Below, piece after piece: positions 23,290 through 36,450 of a DNA stretch of 64,000 bases. The translations under genes were made by a program, and so were the position numbers. Source of the stretch: Raillietiella orientalis (taxonomy: Eukaryota); NCBI GenBank assembly GCA_036172245.1, contig JAYWIR010000011.1, forward strand, positions 3,844,001 through 3,908,000. Direction: 5' to 3'. The notes beneath the pieces are model-generated. The model was not told the origin of the DNA and made no database searches. It was given only the letters and a program-made list of their open reading frames with translations. The stretch's first letter is position 1, and every line of letters starts with the position of its first letter.

Positions 23290-23965
23290 GGACAGGGGTC
23301 TTTGGTTTGAGACATTCCTTGCTTTCTGGAAGCAACTGTGGATGGTGGCGATCTCCCTGGTGACTTCTTTTGGATTGACATCCGGTTGCGCCAGGGCATT
23401 TATTTATAAAAAATAAGCATACAGGTCAGTGGCAGGACGCTTGGTCCTGCCACGTTATAAATATACTAAAAAGAACCGGCCGAGAACAGGCACGCATCTC
23501 GGAGAAATTCGCCTCGGCAACAGATGGGAAAGAGAAACAACAAAAAAGAAAAATGAAATAAGAAAATTTGCACAGTAAATTGGGAGGGTTTGGGAAGGGA
23601 TTAATGTGTGCTGGAGGGCGTCATCTACATCCTTGTAAGGAAAGACGCCGGCAATTTCCCGTTTTATAGTTCCCAGATGGGGCCATCTTGACGCTGTCCT
23701 CATAAAGAGGATGGCAAAATAGATAGCGTCCCTGTCATTCTGGCCTCCTCTAGAATTGCTCCCCCATGCAGCCACTATCCCACGTACGCAGCAAAGTGCT
23801 GCTGAGAATGCAATCGGCGTGACTTCATTTGGCAGATGAGGCCACTTTGCTGCTGTCCTCATGAGGGCTGCTGCCATACTGGTGACCTCTCTTCGCCGCG
23901 AGCGTGATTCTAACACATGGAGGACTGTCACTATGGAGCGGATGCAAGCGACTGTTGCGATCACA
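23290..23965 (-). mobile_element. Two tandem L1/Tx1-like ORF2 C-terminal fragments plus 3' UTR
   Basis: VACIRSIVTV...LMRTAAKWPHL is immediately followed by ALCCVRGIVAAW...FMRTASRWPHL. AATAAA-TGCC-CTGGCGCAACCGG lies at 23381-23404 (-). Confidence 0.7.
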
Positions 23966-25500
23966 TCACCCTTGTTTGCTCCGCTCCCCACGGTGTGGTG
24001 AAAAGGACGAAGGGCCTCCTTCATAAAGCCCTCTGGGGTAATGGGTGGTCCCGAGTCCAATTACAAGACTTGTGCGCTCCTCGTCGCGACGGAGGACTTG
24101 GACTCCTGACGTTGGAGTGCATGGAAGTTCAGCTGAACTTCCGAAGACTGACCTTCGTGGCACAGAACCGGGCCACCCATTGATGCATTCCTGCACGTTT
24201 GCTCTCCTGGCTGGCGGTCGTTGGCGAAGTACTCGCAGCCCTGTTTGCGTGTCACCACCGCCGGTTCCCATCTTGCGGCTTCCCTCTCCGGTGTGTCGCT
24301 GCTCTGGCGAAAACGAACACATGGATTTCCCGCCGCCCTGCGAACACTCCGGCCTGGCGACAGGAGAAAGGAAAGATGGGGGCCCAGCTCACCCGAGCCC
24401 CGTCGGAAGTTACCCCCTGCTGAGAGTTTCAGAGGAAGAACATTGGAGTCGGTGGGTAGTGAGCTGACTATGTTGACCGACCCGCTAGCCACCCCCTTTG
24501 CCACAGGGGTGTCCTCCGCTATTCAGGTATATGGCATTTGCCTACCGGCAAAATGGGAAGTTTCCTGAAAGATCTCGGCCCGCAGGAAACCTATCGGTGG
24601 CTGGACACCGCGTGAGCTGGCTGACGCGGCAACAGCAAGAACCATCTCCAAGGGACTGGAACGTGGACTTGGAGCGAACTCTTCTCCATTTAGCCCGAAG
24701 AGTTGGAAGTGTTTATAGACAGAAAGCTGCTTCCCCTCAAGTGGCAGCATTCGGCGCTGCTGATACTGCACTGCGGTCTCCCGTGCAATGCGCGCCGGCA
24801 CCACTGGACGAGGGGAAGCGCATCGCCGAACTGTGCCAGGTGTGTGGAGAAAGAGATATTCCCCCACCTCATAGTGCAGTGCGTCGCCCTCCGGGACTTG
24901 TGGGAACGTTTCCTGCTTCCCTTCCGCACCTCGTATACGATCCCAGTGACTCTTCGAGTTTCCTCTTCGTGCGGGACGCCATGACGCCCACAGCCGCAAT
25001 CGCAGCGCTGGGCTGCGTGCGCGGTGTCGTCGCGACGAAGTGGGACGCCGAGAGAGACCGTAGCGACGGGGGCTGCCCTGCACGCCATCCGCTTCCTGCA
25101 GATAGCTTTTAGGTGGATCCACCTGTAAAGGGAGAAGAAGGAGCTCGCCAGCATCCTTCAACGGATGCAGAGGCTTCACCCACCACGAAATGTGATCCCT
25201 TCCTTTCCCCTCAACTAATTTTTGTATTTTTGTTGTTGGTTACACTTTGTTTTCATTTTCTATTTTTGTTTCATCCCCCTTCCCATTCGTGGACGTGATG
25301 GACCTATCTGCCCCCTCCCCTTCTTTCCAGTGTAGCAATTGGAATTGGTGGGCCATCGGCTCCGTCGATTCCTGTAAGAGAATAAACGCCCCGGCGCACC
25401 CGAGTGTGAAATCACAGCGCCCTTCTTCAGTCCGCTTTCTTTGAAGTGCCGCGGCAGTGTCCTGTGGTCGGCGTAGAGCCGGAAAGAGTTTCCGCCACAA
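23960..25500 (+). mobile_element. L1/Tx1-like non-LTR retrotransposon, 3' ~1.5 kb (post-RT region, zf-RVT, 3' UTR)
   Basis: KALWGNGWSRVQLQDLCAPRRDGGLGL; LHCGLPCNARRHHWTRGSASPNCARCVEKEIFPHLIVQCVALRDLW (CxxC..E..H....C); FLQIAFRWIHL; T-rich 3' UTR; AATAAACGCCCCGGCGCACCCG at 25381. Confidence 0.85.
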
Positions 25501-26749
25501 AAAACAGGAGGGGTAGCGTTCACCCTACGCGTTTCCTGCTTTTCAGACGGTGACTCCTGCAGCCTGAATTTCGAGCCACGTGATTGGTGGTAAAATCATC
25601 TCTTTAAATTATCTTCGGAACCACCATCCACCAAACGAGCGTACAGTCTGGAATTTTACGCATGTCAACTCCCCTTGTCAAATAAATAAGAAGGAAACTC
25701 ATCATTATACACAATTGCGTCTTCTCTTCATCATAGTAAAAAGTATAGAAAATTAATCCTTGCATTATTTACATTTGTGCACGGGCAATATTATGGCCGA
25801 GGAGGGAAACTGAGTTGCAATTATTGCTAGTTGAAGGCTTTACTGTTGTACGGATGCTGAAGGTTTCCCCCCTATGGAAATCCTTCCGCGTCTTCCGAAC
25901 TCACCAAGAGCGCGAGACCTCCCAGCACTCCTCTGCACACACTTCAATTCGATTTTCTTCCGTTATGCAACATCGGTTTTCGCTACCTCTTGGATCAAGA
26001 CACTTGCGTTCAAGCAAAGCTGTCCTCTGTCTAGATTGCAGTGCTTAGGATTGAGGTGTTTCTTGTTGGAGCAATGGTTTTGCCGAACGTACATCTCGAT
26101 CTCCCGCCAAAAAAACCCTCGCTTCAGGAAGGAACACCACCACCTGCGCTCTTGAACGCGCACCTCAGGTTGGCGCTTCTCCAAAAACGGCAGTGCCAGA
26201 TAAGGTGAGGAAAAGGCGGATGCCGTGGACAACACTTTGTCGCGCTCCTTCATCCGACACCGATCCTCTTAAACAGAACGGTCTTGTCAGTGCACATCAC
26301 GATTCCACAGTGGAGAATTCTCTTGAACATGGTTCTTGGTTTATTCTCCTTGCATCGTAACGAACCACCGATGCCCATCCCGACCAAACTCGCATCACGG
26401 GATTCCAGAATTCAAAAATGCAAAAGCAGAATTTCCTGAAGACAAAAAGTTTGACTGCTTCCCCCAGCTTTCATCTGAGTTCCGGACATGCAAGAAACTG
26501 CTTTTGATGGGGATGAGAATTTCGGCCTTGCAAGGAGAGCAGAACTCATCTACTAGCTGGATATCCAAAATGGACACCCAGGACACCCTCAGGGCAACCC
26601 AGAACAGACTTGCATTTTCCAGTCGCCGAAAAAGGCTTTCAGTCTTCTAGCCCTGCGCAACGCCGAGATTCAATATGGCAGGCTAGGCGAAGCGCTAGGC
26701 ATTACAGCGCCGAGCAGAAGACCACGGTTTCCGAAGGATATCCTAGACC

Positions 26750-27600
26750 TCTGCGTCCATCCGATGCTCCGGCTGTGCGAAATGCGGGACGATCCCATCT
26801 TCTTGCTTGGTCAAGTTCTCGAGGACTGGAGAAAGAAAGGAGATGGCTTGCAACGGACTCGAGGCCCCCATGTCAGCCAAGGGTGCAAACGAGTGCGAAC
26901 GTCCATCTCTAGTAACCTACGATCGTCAATATCTACAAGTTGCTCCAGAGATTTTTCGAGCTTTTGCGGCCATGCCATCACTGACAAAAGGAGACTCCTT
27001 ATGGTTGCCTCTGATACCAACGTGGCCGCCAAACTTGCAAGACTCGTAAGTTGCGACATCCCCTCTCTGAAGGAATCGCTGAGAAAATCGACACTCAAGA
27101 TGAACCGGTCCACCCAACTGATGAGGATGAGGACGGGCAGCGGGGCGGTTGCAATTGACGCCATGCGGACTCAGCAGGACGACGGACAGGACATGGTGAT
27201 GAAGAAGATAGAAAGATGCTTCCCTCTTCGCCCCTTCTCTCCGTACAGTGTCCCTCCGTTCACTCAACAGATTGGGCTGGTTCGCTTGCGTCCTTCCGGG
27301 CTCTTGCACCACATGTCGCCCGTTTCAGGCATTCCAGAATGCCTACCACCCAACGAGAATCACGAGATCCGGCGCTTGGGTTCATGCCGAGAGTGAAACG
27401 GGAAACTCGCGGTTCCAATGTGTTCCCTCTTCGCAGTCGTGTGCTCTTTCTTGGCACGTTGCAGATGTGCTTACCGGAGAACAGCCTACCCCTCGTTCGC
27501 TGACGCACTTTTCTCTTCTCACGACGAGGTCACCTCGCAACTGCTTCGCGCTGGGTGCCCCTTGGCATACTCCTATTGTCCATGTACCTTCTTTACGGAG
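26750..27600 (-). mobile_element. LINE ORF2 remnant (end of RT domain and post-RT region)
   Basis: Minus strand YMDN (degenerate YxDD?), FSGKHICNVPRKS (cf. SGxxxNxxKS), MASIATAPLPVL..VDRFIL and GGHVG (cf. GGLG), in the expected order. Confidence 0.4.
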
Positions 27601-27707
27601 TAATTAATGAAGAGGTCGTGCCTCCTGGCTCGTGGAGAGGAACGGCCTCGAGCATTTCGCGTGGCGCCCACCATTCTAAATCACCACCTACCCTTGGTTG
27701 GCCAATT

Positions 27708-27889
27708 GCTGAAGAACCGCACATCTCTTTAGGGGGCTGCTCACGAAATTCTTTGACACCGTCCACGTCACCCGAGTCTGCGTGTAAGTCTTCAATTTAT
27801 AAGGGGTAACCCCGAAGGAACCGTCCCATGAATCCAGGATGGTACCGGAGGAAGCAATCCGTTCCTCTTACGCTTGCGAGGGAACCCCG
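27708..27889 (-). mobile_element. SINE-like element, 3' half (split by a LINE insertion)
   Basis: GCTGAAGAACCGC...CATGAATCCAGG...GGGAACCCCG is the reverse complement of the SINE tail (cf. 53871-54050). Confidence 0.75.
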
Positions 27890-29030
27890 CCCCGGTAGCG
27901 TCCGGTTTTCACCTGGACACGCCGAGGAGTTTCTTCAAATTCAACATAACCTCATATGTTGTGGTTCGCCGATTGTGGTAGGACGCGTGATTCTACCACA
28001 TTTCGTTTGTCCATGGACTTGCCGGGTCGTCGGTACGCAGAGCGGCGTGGCTGACCTCGGTAGCGGAGGGGGTTGGGAGAAAACAAAAAGAAAAATAAAT
28101 ACAAAGAGTGAATGAAAAGAAATAAAAATATTTGGAAACGTCGCAAAGGGATCCCTGCTCGCTGAAAGAAGTCCTCTGCATCCTTTCTAGGATGCCGGCT
28201 AGGTCCGTTCGAATTTCTGCCAGGTGGGGCCATCTGGTCGCTATCTGCAGAAAGTGAATTGCGGAACACCTCCTTTTGAAATGTCCCGTGACATCACAGT
28301 ATTTGCCACAATAGTAGGTCCTCCCCCGTACCAAAGATCATCCAGTTCATTGCGAATCTTCAGCTTGTGGGACAGCTCATCTTACTCGCTCACCGTGACG
28401 CGCTCTGCGGCCAGCCATCTGAAGAGCTTCCCAAAGTCTTCGAAAGGGATGGCCTTGGCTCATGGAACTTGAGCGGTGCCATGTTTTTCAAGCTCCACAT
28501 GCGCCGCATTCTTAGACATGAAGAGCTTCATGTCCGTGGGATAGACCACTACGGTGCGGCCCTACTCCACGGCTATCTTGCGGCTTTCCATCATGACTGG
28601 GGTCTTTAGCAAGAGTCATGCTAGCTCTGCATTCTTGCTGGTCAGCTCAGCGTGCTGGCTAAGGCTTCGTAGAGGAAGGTCTTCAAGGTCTTCCTCCTGG
28701 ACACGTACATTGCATGGCTGCCTCGAGAGGAATTCCACAAACTAGCCACCCACCTTGTGGATCAGAGAAGGCTTGGCTCCCTGGATCCGGTAGGCATTTG
28801 ATTCGTTCATGGCTGCCACTGATGGTGTTGCAGCCACACCACTCCATTTCCTCGCTCCCAGATTGGATGATGTCTTCCCACTTTCATTGCTTCGAGAGAG
28901 AAATTGGCCTCCTCTCCACCAACATCCTTCGCGGTGTCCTCAGACATTGCTGCCATGGGAACACTGGCAATGCACCTCTACATAAACACCAAGGGAAAAA
29001 AGTTTTTAACTTTAGGCTAGACGAAGCACT
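27890..29030 (-). mobile_element. L1/Tx1-like LINE 3' fragment inserted into a SINE
   Basis: CGACG...LRRLW and AIHFLQIATRWPHLAEI on the minus strand, a T-rich 3' UTR, and a degenerate 3' hairpin at ~27910-27935. Confidence 0.65.
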
Positions 29031-29560
29031 GAAAAAAACATCTCACCGTAAGGTTGGCTCCGAATAGAATTCCAAGAAAAGTCGCTTCTTCATTCACTTC
29101 AGAGGGACCGTCGAAGGGAACCCAGAAAGCATCTGCTCCTTTATTACTTCTCTAAGAGGAACCCTGAACGACGCTTCCCGATCTCCTCTGAAGGGCGCTC
29201 CCCGAAGGTAGCAGTTTGGTTCTTACACTCGGGAGAGGCAACCCCCCCCAGGAGGGTATCAACCAGCTTCATAATGCGCGATGGAAGGCCACCCTCCCGA
29301 GGAAGGGGACATTTCGCAACCGGAGGAGAACCCCGAAAGAGACCGACTCCTTGATTCCTGGAAGCACCCCGCAGAGTTGACTTCCAATCCCGGCCAGTCA
29401 GCGGGGACATACGGCTTCCATCACTGACGCACCCGAAGCCTACAAGCAAGCCAGCGCCATCCTGGTGAGAAGACGCACTCATTTCTCGGCGTCCTACACG
29501 TAGGGATTTGAACCAGGGACGTTTGGCGCCACGCGAGGGGACCGCGGCCGCCGTCGCGGA
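29031..29560 (-). mobile_element. SINE-like element, 5' half
   Basis: B-box (rc of GGGATTTGAACC at ~29504), head and body match other copies; it resumes at about the point where 27889 stops in the consensus. Confidence 0.75.
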
Positions 29561-29879
29561 ACTTGCTCTATCGGTGGACAAGTCGCTTCCCAATTGTAGT
29601 GGGAGTGGCATTTACGCAGGAACGGCAAGATGCAGGGAAAGCAAAACGCAAAGCCCTTCTGCAGGAGCAATTCCAGGAGCGACGCATTCCAACTGCACTT
29701 CCAAATTCCTTCCAGATGATTTGTTGTGGAGCTGGTGGCTAGCCGGTACGATGGCAAACGTCTCGTAGTCGGTCATTCTAAAGTAGAATGGCCCTTGCAC
29801 TTTCAGAACTCTTATTTCTTGACATTTTTTCTGACGAATATTTTGACAAGATGGCCAATGTGTTTCCATGTTTCTTCCA

Positions 29880-30610
29880 CGCAGTTTCTCATGAACTCAA
29901 GACACAGGGGGGACTCGCGTACTTCTTGGAATTTCCAGCTCATGAAGAACATCGTTGCTTTCTGAATCTCCCAGAGAGAAGTGTGATGAGCAGCATCCGT
30001 CTATATGACGATGAAAGAGAAGACGTGTGGCCCTCCTAGTTCTTCTCAGAAGCACATCAGGAGCGCAATGAGCGTGCTTTAGAGCACGCCACTCCATAAC
30101 GATCTGCTGTAGTCACACTCTGTGTGAGCAGTCAAGATCAGGACGTGACTTCGAGCGGAGGAGCAAATGGTGAAGATGGAATCCCGTATTCACTGGTTGC
30201 ATCTCCCAACACATCACCTGTAAAGCACAATCAGGGACAACATTTTTCAGGGACCGACTGGAACTCTGCCGATGCGTTTTGCAGTGGGCATTCCGGTTTG
30301 AATGCGGTGCCCTTACTCAAGAGAAGGTTAGGTCTCAACGGCGAACTAGTAGCGTGTTCCTTGGTGTGGAGTCCTGGTTGTGAAGGATTAGCTACAAACG
30401 GTGATAGCGGTGATGGGACGAATTACTAAAAGGTGATTCTGTTCTCGATACTGTTCTCTTTCAATGGATCCATTTCTGCCCAGTGAGAATTCCAGAGAAG
30501 CCTTCTGTGACCATCATTTAAGAGGATCGCATGTTCAGAGTTCGTCCTCATCAATCGGAGTTGTAGCTGATTCCAGTCCTGCAAAGCCGAGTTCACTGAA
30601 TGCTCATGTG
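29880..30610 (-). mobile_element. Decayed non-LTR reverse-transcriptase remnant
   Basis: Minus-strand ordered motifs TPIDEDEL, RPITAI, QTGM...GR and EIPRSTR (cf. PIT..EV, RPIxL, QxGF..GR, RGVRQG); many stops and frameshifts. Confidence 0.4.
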
Positions 30611-31499
30611 AGGAAAAAAGTGCAGTGGCGTCTCATATAAGAGCTGCTTAGGTCAGCATTCTCTGCTTAGGTCGCACCGAAAAGGTAACCGGAAGTTTCT
30701 CTGCCAGTTTCTATTACCGCCGAGCTCGCTGTTCTTGAATTCGAAGCCATGGAAGCCGTGGATACGAGAGCGCATCTTTTGCTATCTTTCCAGCCTAGAG
30801 ACTTTCACCCTTCGTACCCTGAGGACTCTTCACGCTCCGTCCCTATCCGGTCACCCGGGTTTTGCAGTCGTTGCACCTGGAACTTGATTTCGGTGCTCTC
30901 CCGCTCCGGATGCATTTGTGCATCGAGAAACAGCCAAACTCCGGAGCGACTTCTCAGAAGATGCTGAGCGCCAAAAGCGTATCGAAAGATGGCAGTGCGC
31001 GCGCACTCCTCATTCGCTGACAGTCACGCGCAGTCTGGACACAGCAAGCTGTTTCTCTAGGCGTGAGAAAAGTGAATGAACTTGCGCAGGCTCCGGTCGA
31101 GAAGGAATTCTTCGTGAATGACTCTTCCTCTCTTGAAGAGAGGGGTTGCCTTTCTCGATCCGAGAAACACTGCCGACATTCTTGCATTTATCTGGCAGGC
31201 ATGGAGATGGGGAACCTGGAAGACAAGCTCTTGAGGTGACAAAAGCTTGATGTCCGGTCGCTTCTTGGGCAGCGGGGGGCAGTACCTGAGCCTTTGCTGA
31301 TCTCTTATCCATCCGTACTGTCCATCCGAATGCTACTGCCCATGTGAGGAGCTGTGCAAAGGCGGTAGGTGGAACGTCCCTGCAAACGCTCTACGAAGTG
31401 CGCGACGTGGTGTCAGCTCACGTTCGACGAGTATCGCTCGTGTCTCTACTTCGAGCAGTGTCACGCCTTGGTACGAGAGCCAAAGGAAGCAGTCGGCGG

Positions 31500-32345
31500 G
31501 GAGGGGAGGATTTTTGGTCTTTGAACCCCCTCCCCTCATTGCTGCCTGCCCTGTTGCCACACAACGGGGACCTGGATGTGTGCTGTCCACCAGAAAACCC
31601 GGCATCAGCGTTTCCAGGACAATCCCGGAAGTTGCCACCCGGTTACGCCGGGGCGTTTATTTGAACTTTACAAAAACGTGGTACAAGACCCCACTAACGG
31701 TCAACACAACACCGGACCTTCCGGGATGCCGGAACGCCGATCAACGTGACTCTCCCCGGCGGTGGAAGGGGGATCGAGGAAAAACAAAAATAAAAAATAA
31801 GGGAAACAAAAAGAGTTTGGAGGGGCGGGAAGGGATCACAGACCACCAAGAGGAGGGTCCATCCTTCGCAGGATGCCCTCGAGCTCCTTCTGCATTCCAC
31901 CCAGCTAGGGCCATCCGGTTGCTCTCATCAGGAAGCGAACAGCACACGGGATGACGTCCCTCACGTTGTGGTGTTCGTCCTTGGCTTCACTCCAAGCCAC
32001 CACGATGCCACGGATGCAACAGAGTGCTGCCAGGGCTGCGGCTGGCTGCAGGGCATCCCGCACGAAGAGAAGCCGCAAAAGGTCTCTGGGGGGGCTGCCA
32101 ACCGGTATACCCATGGTAGTCCCAAAACGTTCCCAGAGGGGTCGGAGGGCAGCACATTCAGCTATCAGGTGGAGGAGTAATTCCCGCTCCCCGCACCTGG
32201 CACACTCAGGCTCTACTCTCCCACGCGTCCAGTGGAAGCGACTCGTGTTACAGGGTAGTCCCCAATGCAACAGGAGAAGCGCCGACTCTTGCCACTCCAG
32301 AGGGAGAAACCTGGATGGACAATCCCAGAGAAGGAAACATCAGTA
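31500..32345 (-). mobile_element. L1/Tx1-like LINE ORF2 C-terminus (zf-RVT) and 3' UTR
   Basis: LHWGLPCNTSRFHWTRGRVEPECARCGERELLLHLIAECAALRPLWERF...LCCIRGIV...FLMRATGWP. AATAAACGC-CCCGG-CGTAA-CCGGG lies at 31638-31661 (-). Confidence 0.85.
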
Positions 32346-33767
32346 GATGCTTCCCGGCTACCGGAATCCAGATTTTGGCAAAGCCCCTGAGGACTTGTGG
32401 TTGGCTTCCCTCAATAGTCCGCAACCTGCTAGAAGGAAATTCTATGAGAACCTACCCTCCTACTCCCCGATGTTTCTATTAGCTGCCACTAAAGCAAAGC
32501 CTGCATGGGTACCAGGGATCTCTGTATGATCCTCAGATCAGACAAACGTAGACTCAATGCATGCTCAAGGCCTCTTGGAGACCAGCAATGTCTCCTTCCA
32601 CGTCAGTCGCAGCTCCCTGATGCCCACGCGGCACAGTCTCAGGATAAATTGTCGCCGCCAATAGAAGGCGGGCGACAGCCACGTCATCTTTCTGCCCGAC
32701 GATGGTCATGAAGTAATCCCACCTGACATCTCTGAAGGAGAAAATTGCCAACATTCTGCATAACACACGGAGGACTCCCTGGGAGCGAACCGCGATAAAC
32801 TCTTCCCGACCACTCAACCCGACACATTGCGGCAGACGGTCGTTCATTTTCATTCTTCTTTTCCCTCTCGCGCCACCTTTCTTCAAAGTGGACTGCTACT
32901 GGCGGCATAGAGTGGTCTATGGCTATCAGCTCAATCAGATCATGGAGGCATAAAAGCTATCGGAAACACCTCCAGGATCCCTTGGAATAAAGCAAAACCC
33001 AGATTGTTGAAGCATTTATTTAGGATACATAAAAAAATAAATACACGCATGCATGAAATTTATGGAGCGATGGAAGAACTGACACCTTCCGGCCAGAAAA
33101 TGAGGGTGAAAATCCCCATGGGGACAGAACCAAGGAAAATTCGAGACAGAGTAAGGGTGTGCAATCAGCGACTCTGGAAAATGGGTATGGGGTGGACCAG
33201 CAGCCACACAGCGCTGCGGATGACGTCCGAGGGCATGCGTCAAGCACAGAGAAAAGGAGGGCTGGAGTCGTCAGTTTCGGGATAGTCTGACGCACGGGCA
33301 CCTTTGTGCCTCCTGAACCGGTCTGCGACGTTTCCTCCTACTTCGCACAAGAACGATGCGAGTGGCTCTCTGGGATGAGGACCATGCAGCTCCACCCTGG
33401 CGACCAGAGATGGTCGCGTCGCGGCAGAGGACAGCCAGCGAGGAGACCACCAACGAGTCCACCGAGCGACCATCGGCCGAAGAGCGCGGGGAGGGACAGT
33501 ACCGGAGAAAGGAGACGCTCTCGGAACGCGGTCCCATCCCGACTGGGGCCCAGAGCTCAGACCGAGAGCTCGCGTGACTCCCACTCTTCCGCAGTGAGGG
33601 CGTTACCAGGAGGCATTCCTCCCGTCGGTTCGAGGAGATCCTGCTTGCCTCGGGATCGTGGTCGGAGCGCTTGAATGACGCAACTCCTTCGTTCCGCTTC
33701 TTCCCTTCCAGATTTTTTTTTTGTCTTCTCGAGGTTCCTTTCTTTTGTTTTCATCTGATTCGTTCAG

Positions 33768-34516
33768 CACTGCAAGAAACGTTCGTCTGGCGGCTCACGA
33801 AGCTCTTCGTCCACACGCCAGCCGGAGATGCGCGCCAATTCTTCGAGTTAGGGAGTATCCCGGAGAGATAATCCTCATGCATCCAGGAAAGTTGCGCAGG
33901 AAGGAGCCTGCTCCTCTCACGCTTGGGAGGGAACCCCGAAAAGAACCACCTCTTTCTCATTCTTGCCGGAGGGACCATTCGGTCTGTAGACTCCACTCCT
34001 CATTCCTTCTCTGAAGGGCAGTTCCTAAATTCCCTTTTCGGAGAAATCCCTCAAGGAAGGTGCTTCTGGTTTCCTCCTCTGAAGAGAACCCCAAACCAAC
34101 GTTTCCTAATTTTTGTGAAGGGCGCTTCTGTAACACTCTGCAGAGGCAACCTCCGAGGGGGTATCAGCCAGCTCCATGGTACGCGATAGGGCGTCCCCCG
34201 AGGGTAAGAGAGGCTTCATTTTTGCCATCGGAGGGGGAATCCCGAAGGGAGCCGACTCCTTGAATTCTGAAAGTACCGCGAAGGTTCTTCTTCCAATCCC
34301 AGCCAGTCAACAGAAGCATCCGGTTTTCAGCTTCTGCCAGTGCCCACCCAAACAAGCCAATCGGCGTCATCTTGCGAAGAGAACTCCAAACACCCATTTC
34401 TCACCACGGCGAACCCATTTGTCGGCGTCGATCTTTCCGCGGGCAGGGATTGGAACCCTCAACCCTTGGTGCCACGCGCCGAGACCGCGGCCACCAGCAG
34501 AAGGCCACCGCGAGCA
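33768..34516 (-). mobile_element. tRNA-headed SINE-like element, subfamily B
   Basis: B-box rc GGGATTGGAACCC (~34447), head TTGGTGCCACGCG-x-GAGACCGC, body and tail match other copies. Confidence 0.75.
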
Positions 34517-36039
34517 GCTCAGCATGCTGCAGGCAACGACGAGCAGTGCCCGCAAGGAAGTGCGTGATGGGTTGACCTCCTCGCAGGGAATTCCTCAAAA
34601 CGCGATCTGCCCCTTCGGATCCTGGGATAGGGGCTCTCTTGGCGCTGAGTCGTTCTTCGCCCGACGCGTTTCTCATCGAAACACCCGCGCGCCGGCAGGT
34701 GATCGACCTCGTTCCGTGCAAGAATGTCCGCGCCTTCCTCATCCCCTGCGTCGCAGAATGGAAGCAGGAGAGAGTACACATCAGAAGAGCGGTAGTCCAT
34801 TCGAGCTTCAACGCCTTCAGGGCATGTGCCAGGACGGACCGAGGTGAGCTTACGAAACGCATCCTCGTCCGAAGGAGGGCACGGAAAAATCAGGCGGATT
34901 TCAGGGAACGTGGTGGTACTCGCCTTTACCCTGTTTTGTTAGCAAAGAACAACCGAAGAGGGACGAGGGTCATGGGTTGGACCGTCCTCATAGCGAGGGG
35001 CGGAACCGACTTGCTGCGCTTTCGCAAGAGAATCCTGCGGCAGCGGAGCACGGGGTGCCGCAGGATCAGCACAGCACAGCAGAGCACGTTCTGCGCCGCT
35101 TAGGGAGGGAACTGCCACCTCTGACCTCGGTGAACAAGGCTGTCCCGTTTATCCGGCCGTCTATCGATGGTGATCAGAAGTTGGGAACTTGGGACTCCGC
35201 TCCTTGATTTATGCTGCTTCATTTTCGTTGAAACCCTTGCTGAGTCCCAGCTGGTCCCTCGCGGTTCCTGGAAGCTGCCATACTGGCAGCTGAACGCTCG
35301 GCTCTTCCTGCTTTTCCATGTTTCCAGTGCTCCTCTTTCGCTGCTTGCTGCATGCCGCTTGGTTCAACCCCTCTTTTCTTTGCGTGCGTGCTGACACTCC
35401 GTCGACCCCTCGAAGCGTCGCCTTGGAACGTTACCTCTCTGCCACCTCGCGCTCGAAGCGAATCTTCTCCCCGAATGGACCCGTGCGGGGCACAGTCGCA
35501 GTTTTCGGCAACGGATGCAGCGTTCACTGGAGCGGCCTCGTCTGGCGCTCTTTGCCGGCCATCCCCACCCGCCGGCAACCAGCTGCTCTCCTCTTCTGCG
35601 GCGCTCACACTTGCACAGGCGCTTGCTTCATCGCGGACCCGCGGACCCTGCGGAGAGAAGCTGAGCGGAAAACGGCCTCCTCGAACACGTGGCGCCACGT
35701 AGCGTCTATGCTTGACCGGCAGCGATGTCTCTGAGAGTTCGAGGAGGAACGCCTCGTCCGTCTTGCGCAAGAACTGCGGACACTGAGCAGGGCACAGTGG
35801 TTTCTTGGAATGGTGAGGGGTGCGGCTCGCGAACGTGGAGATGATGCGTTCCTCGAAAGTCCATCGCAAAGGGCTGCTCCGTCGCCGATCTCTTTTCCTC
35901 CGGAATTCGCAGCCGGGTCGCGTGAAGCGGTGCGCGGCGCTGCTCAATGTGTGGCGCGGAACAAGAATCTTCCCTTCTGCTGCCCCGACTAAAGGTGGGC
36001 AAGTGTCTCCACTCTTGCTAGCTTGGGACGTGGCTTTTG

Positions 36040-36450
36040 GACGGGATCCAACGGTGGCGTCCCTTCTCCCCGGCGCCTGAAGACGAAAAAGATTCAATCC
36101 GCCCTCCGTTCTCAGGGTGCGCAGCGTGCGGTTGGAGGCGAGCAGCATCCCTTTGAAGCAGATCTTCCAGAATGGAGACGCAGGACTGTCAGGACCAGGG
36201 TCCAATTTGGAAGGAGATTTCGCGTCATCTGCTCCTTTCCTTTGTGCTTTCTAGCTCGACCGCTTGGAGAGGCTGTCTCCTTTACCTGAGAAGTGCAGAG
36301 CCATGCCTCTCTACATTTAATTGCGTTCTCCTTCAGGGTCTTCCCTGGCGACGTTGCCGAGTATCCGTGGAAGCTGGAGAAGTCCAAGTACTTCTCACTG
36401 GAAGACTAGACCTCGCTTTCCCTCCGGATTCACTGCCATAATCGGAGCTG
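36040..36450 (-). mobile_element. LINE ORF2 post-RT remnant
   Basis: SPSGRA..LLPNW and LRTEGGLNLF (cf. LS..GR..., GGLG) on the minus strand. Confidence 0.35.

Larger units (their letters stand above)
26904..29812 (+). repeat. 2.9-kb near-identical direct segmental duplication, copy 1
   Basis: Matches 56310-59215 base for base apart from about a dozen differences spotted by eye; the ORF track gives identical translations in both copies. Confidence 0.95.

Noticed and set aside
35219..36205. 328-aa ORF (-)
   Set aside because: Only its first ~45 aa resemble LINE ORF2 (EGGLNL); the remainder reads through unrelated GC-rich repeat debris.
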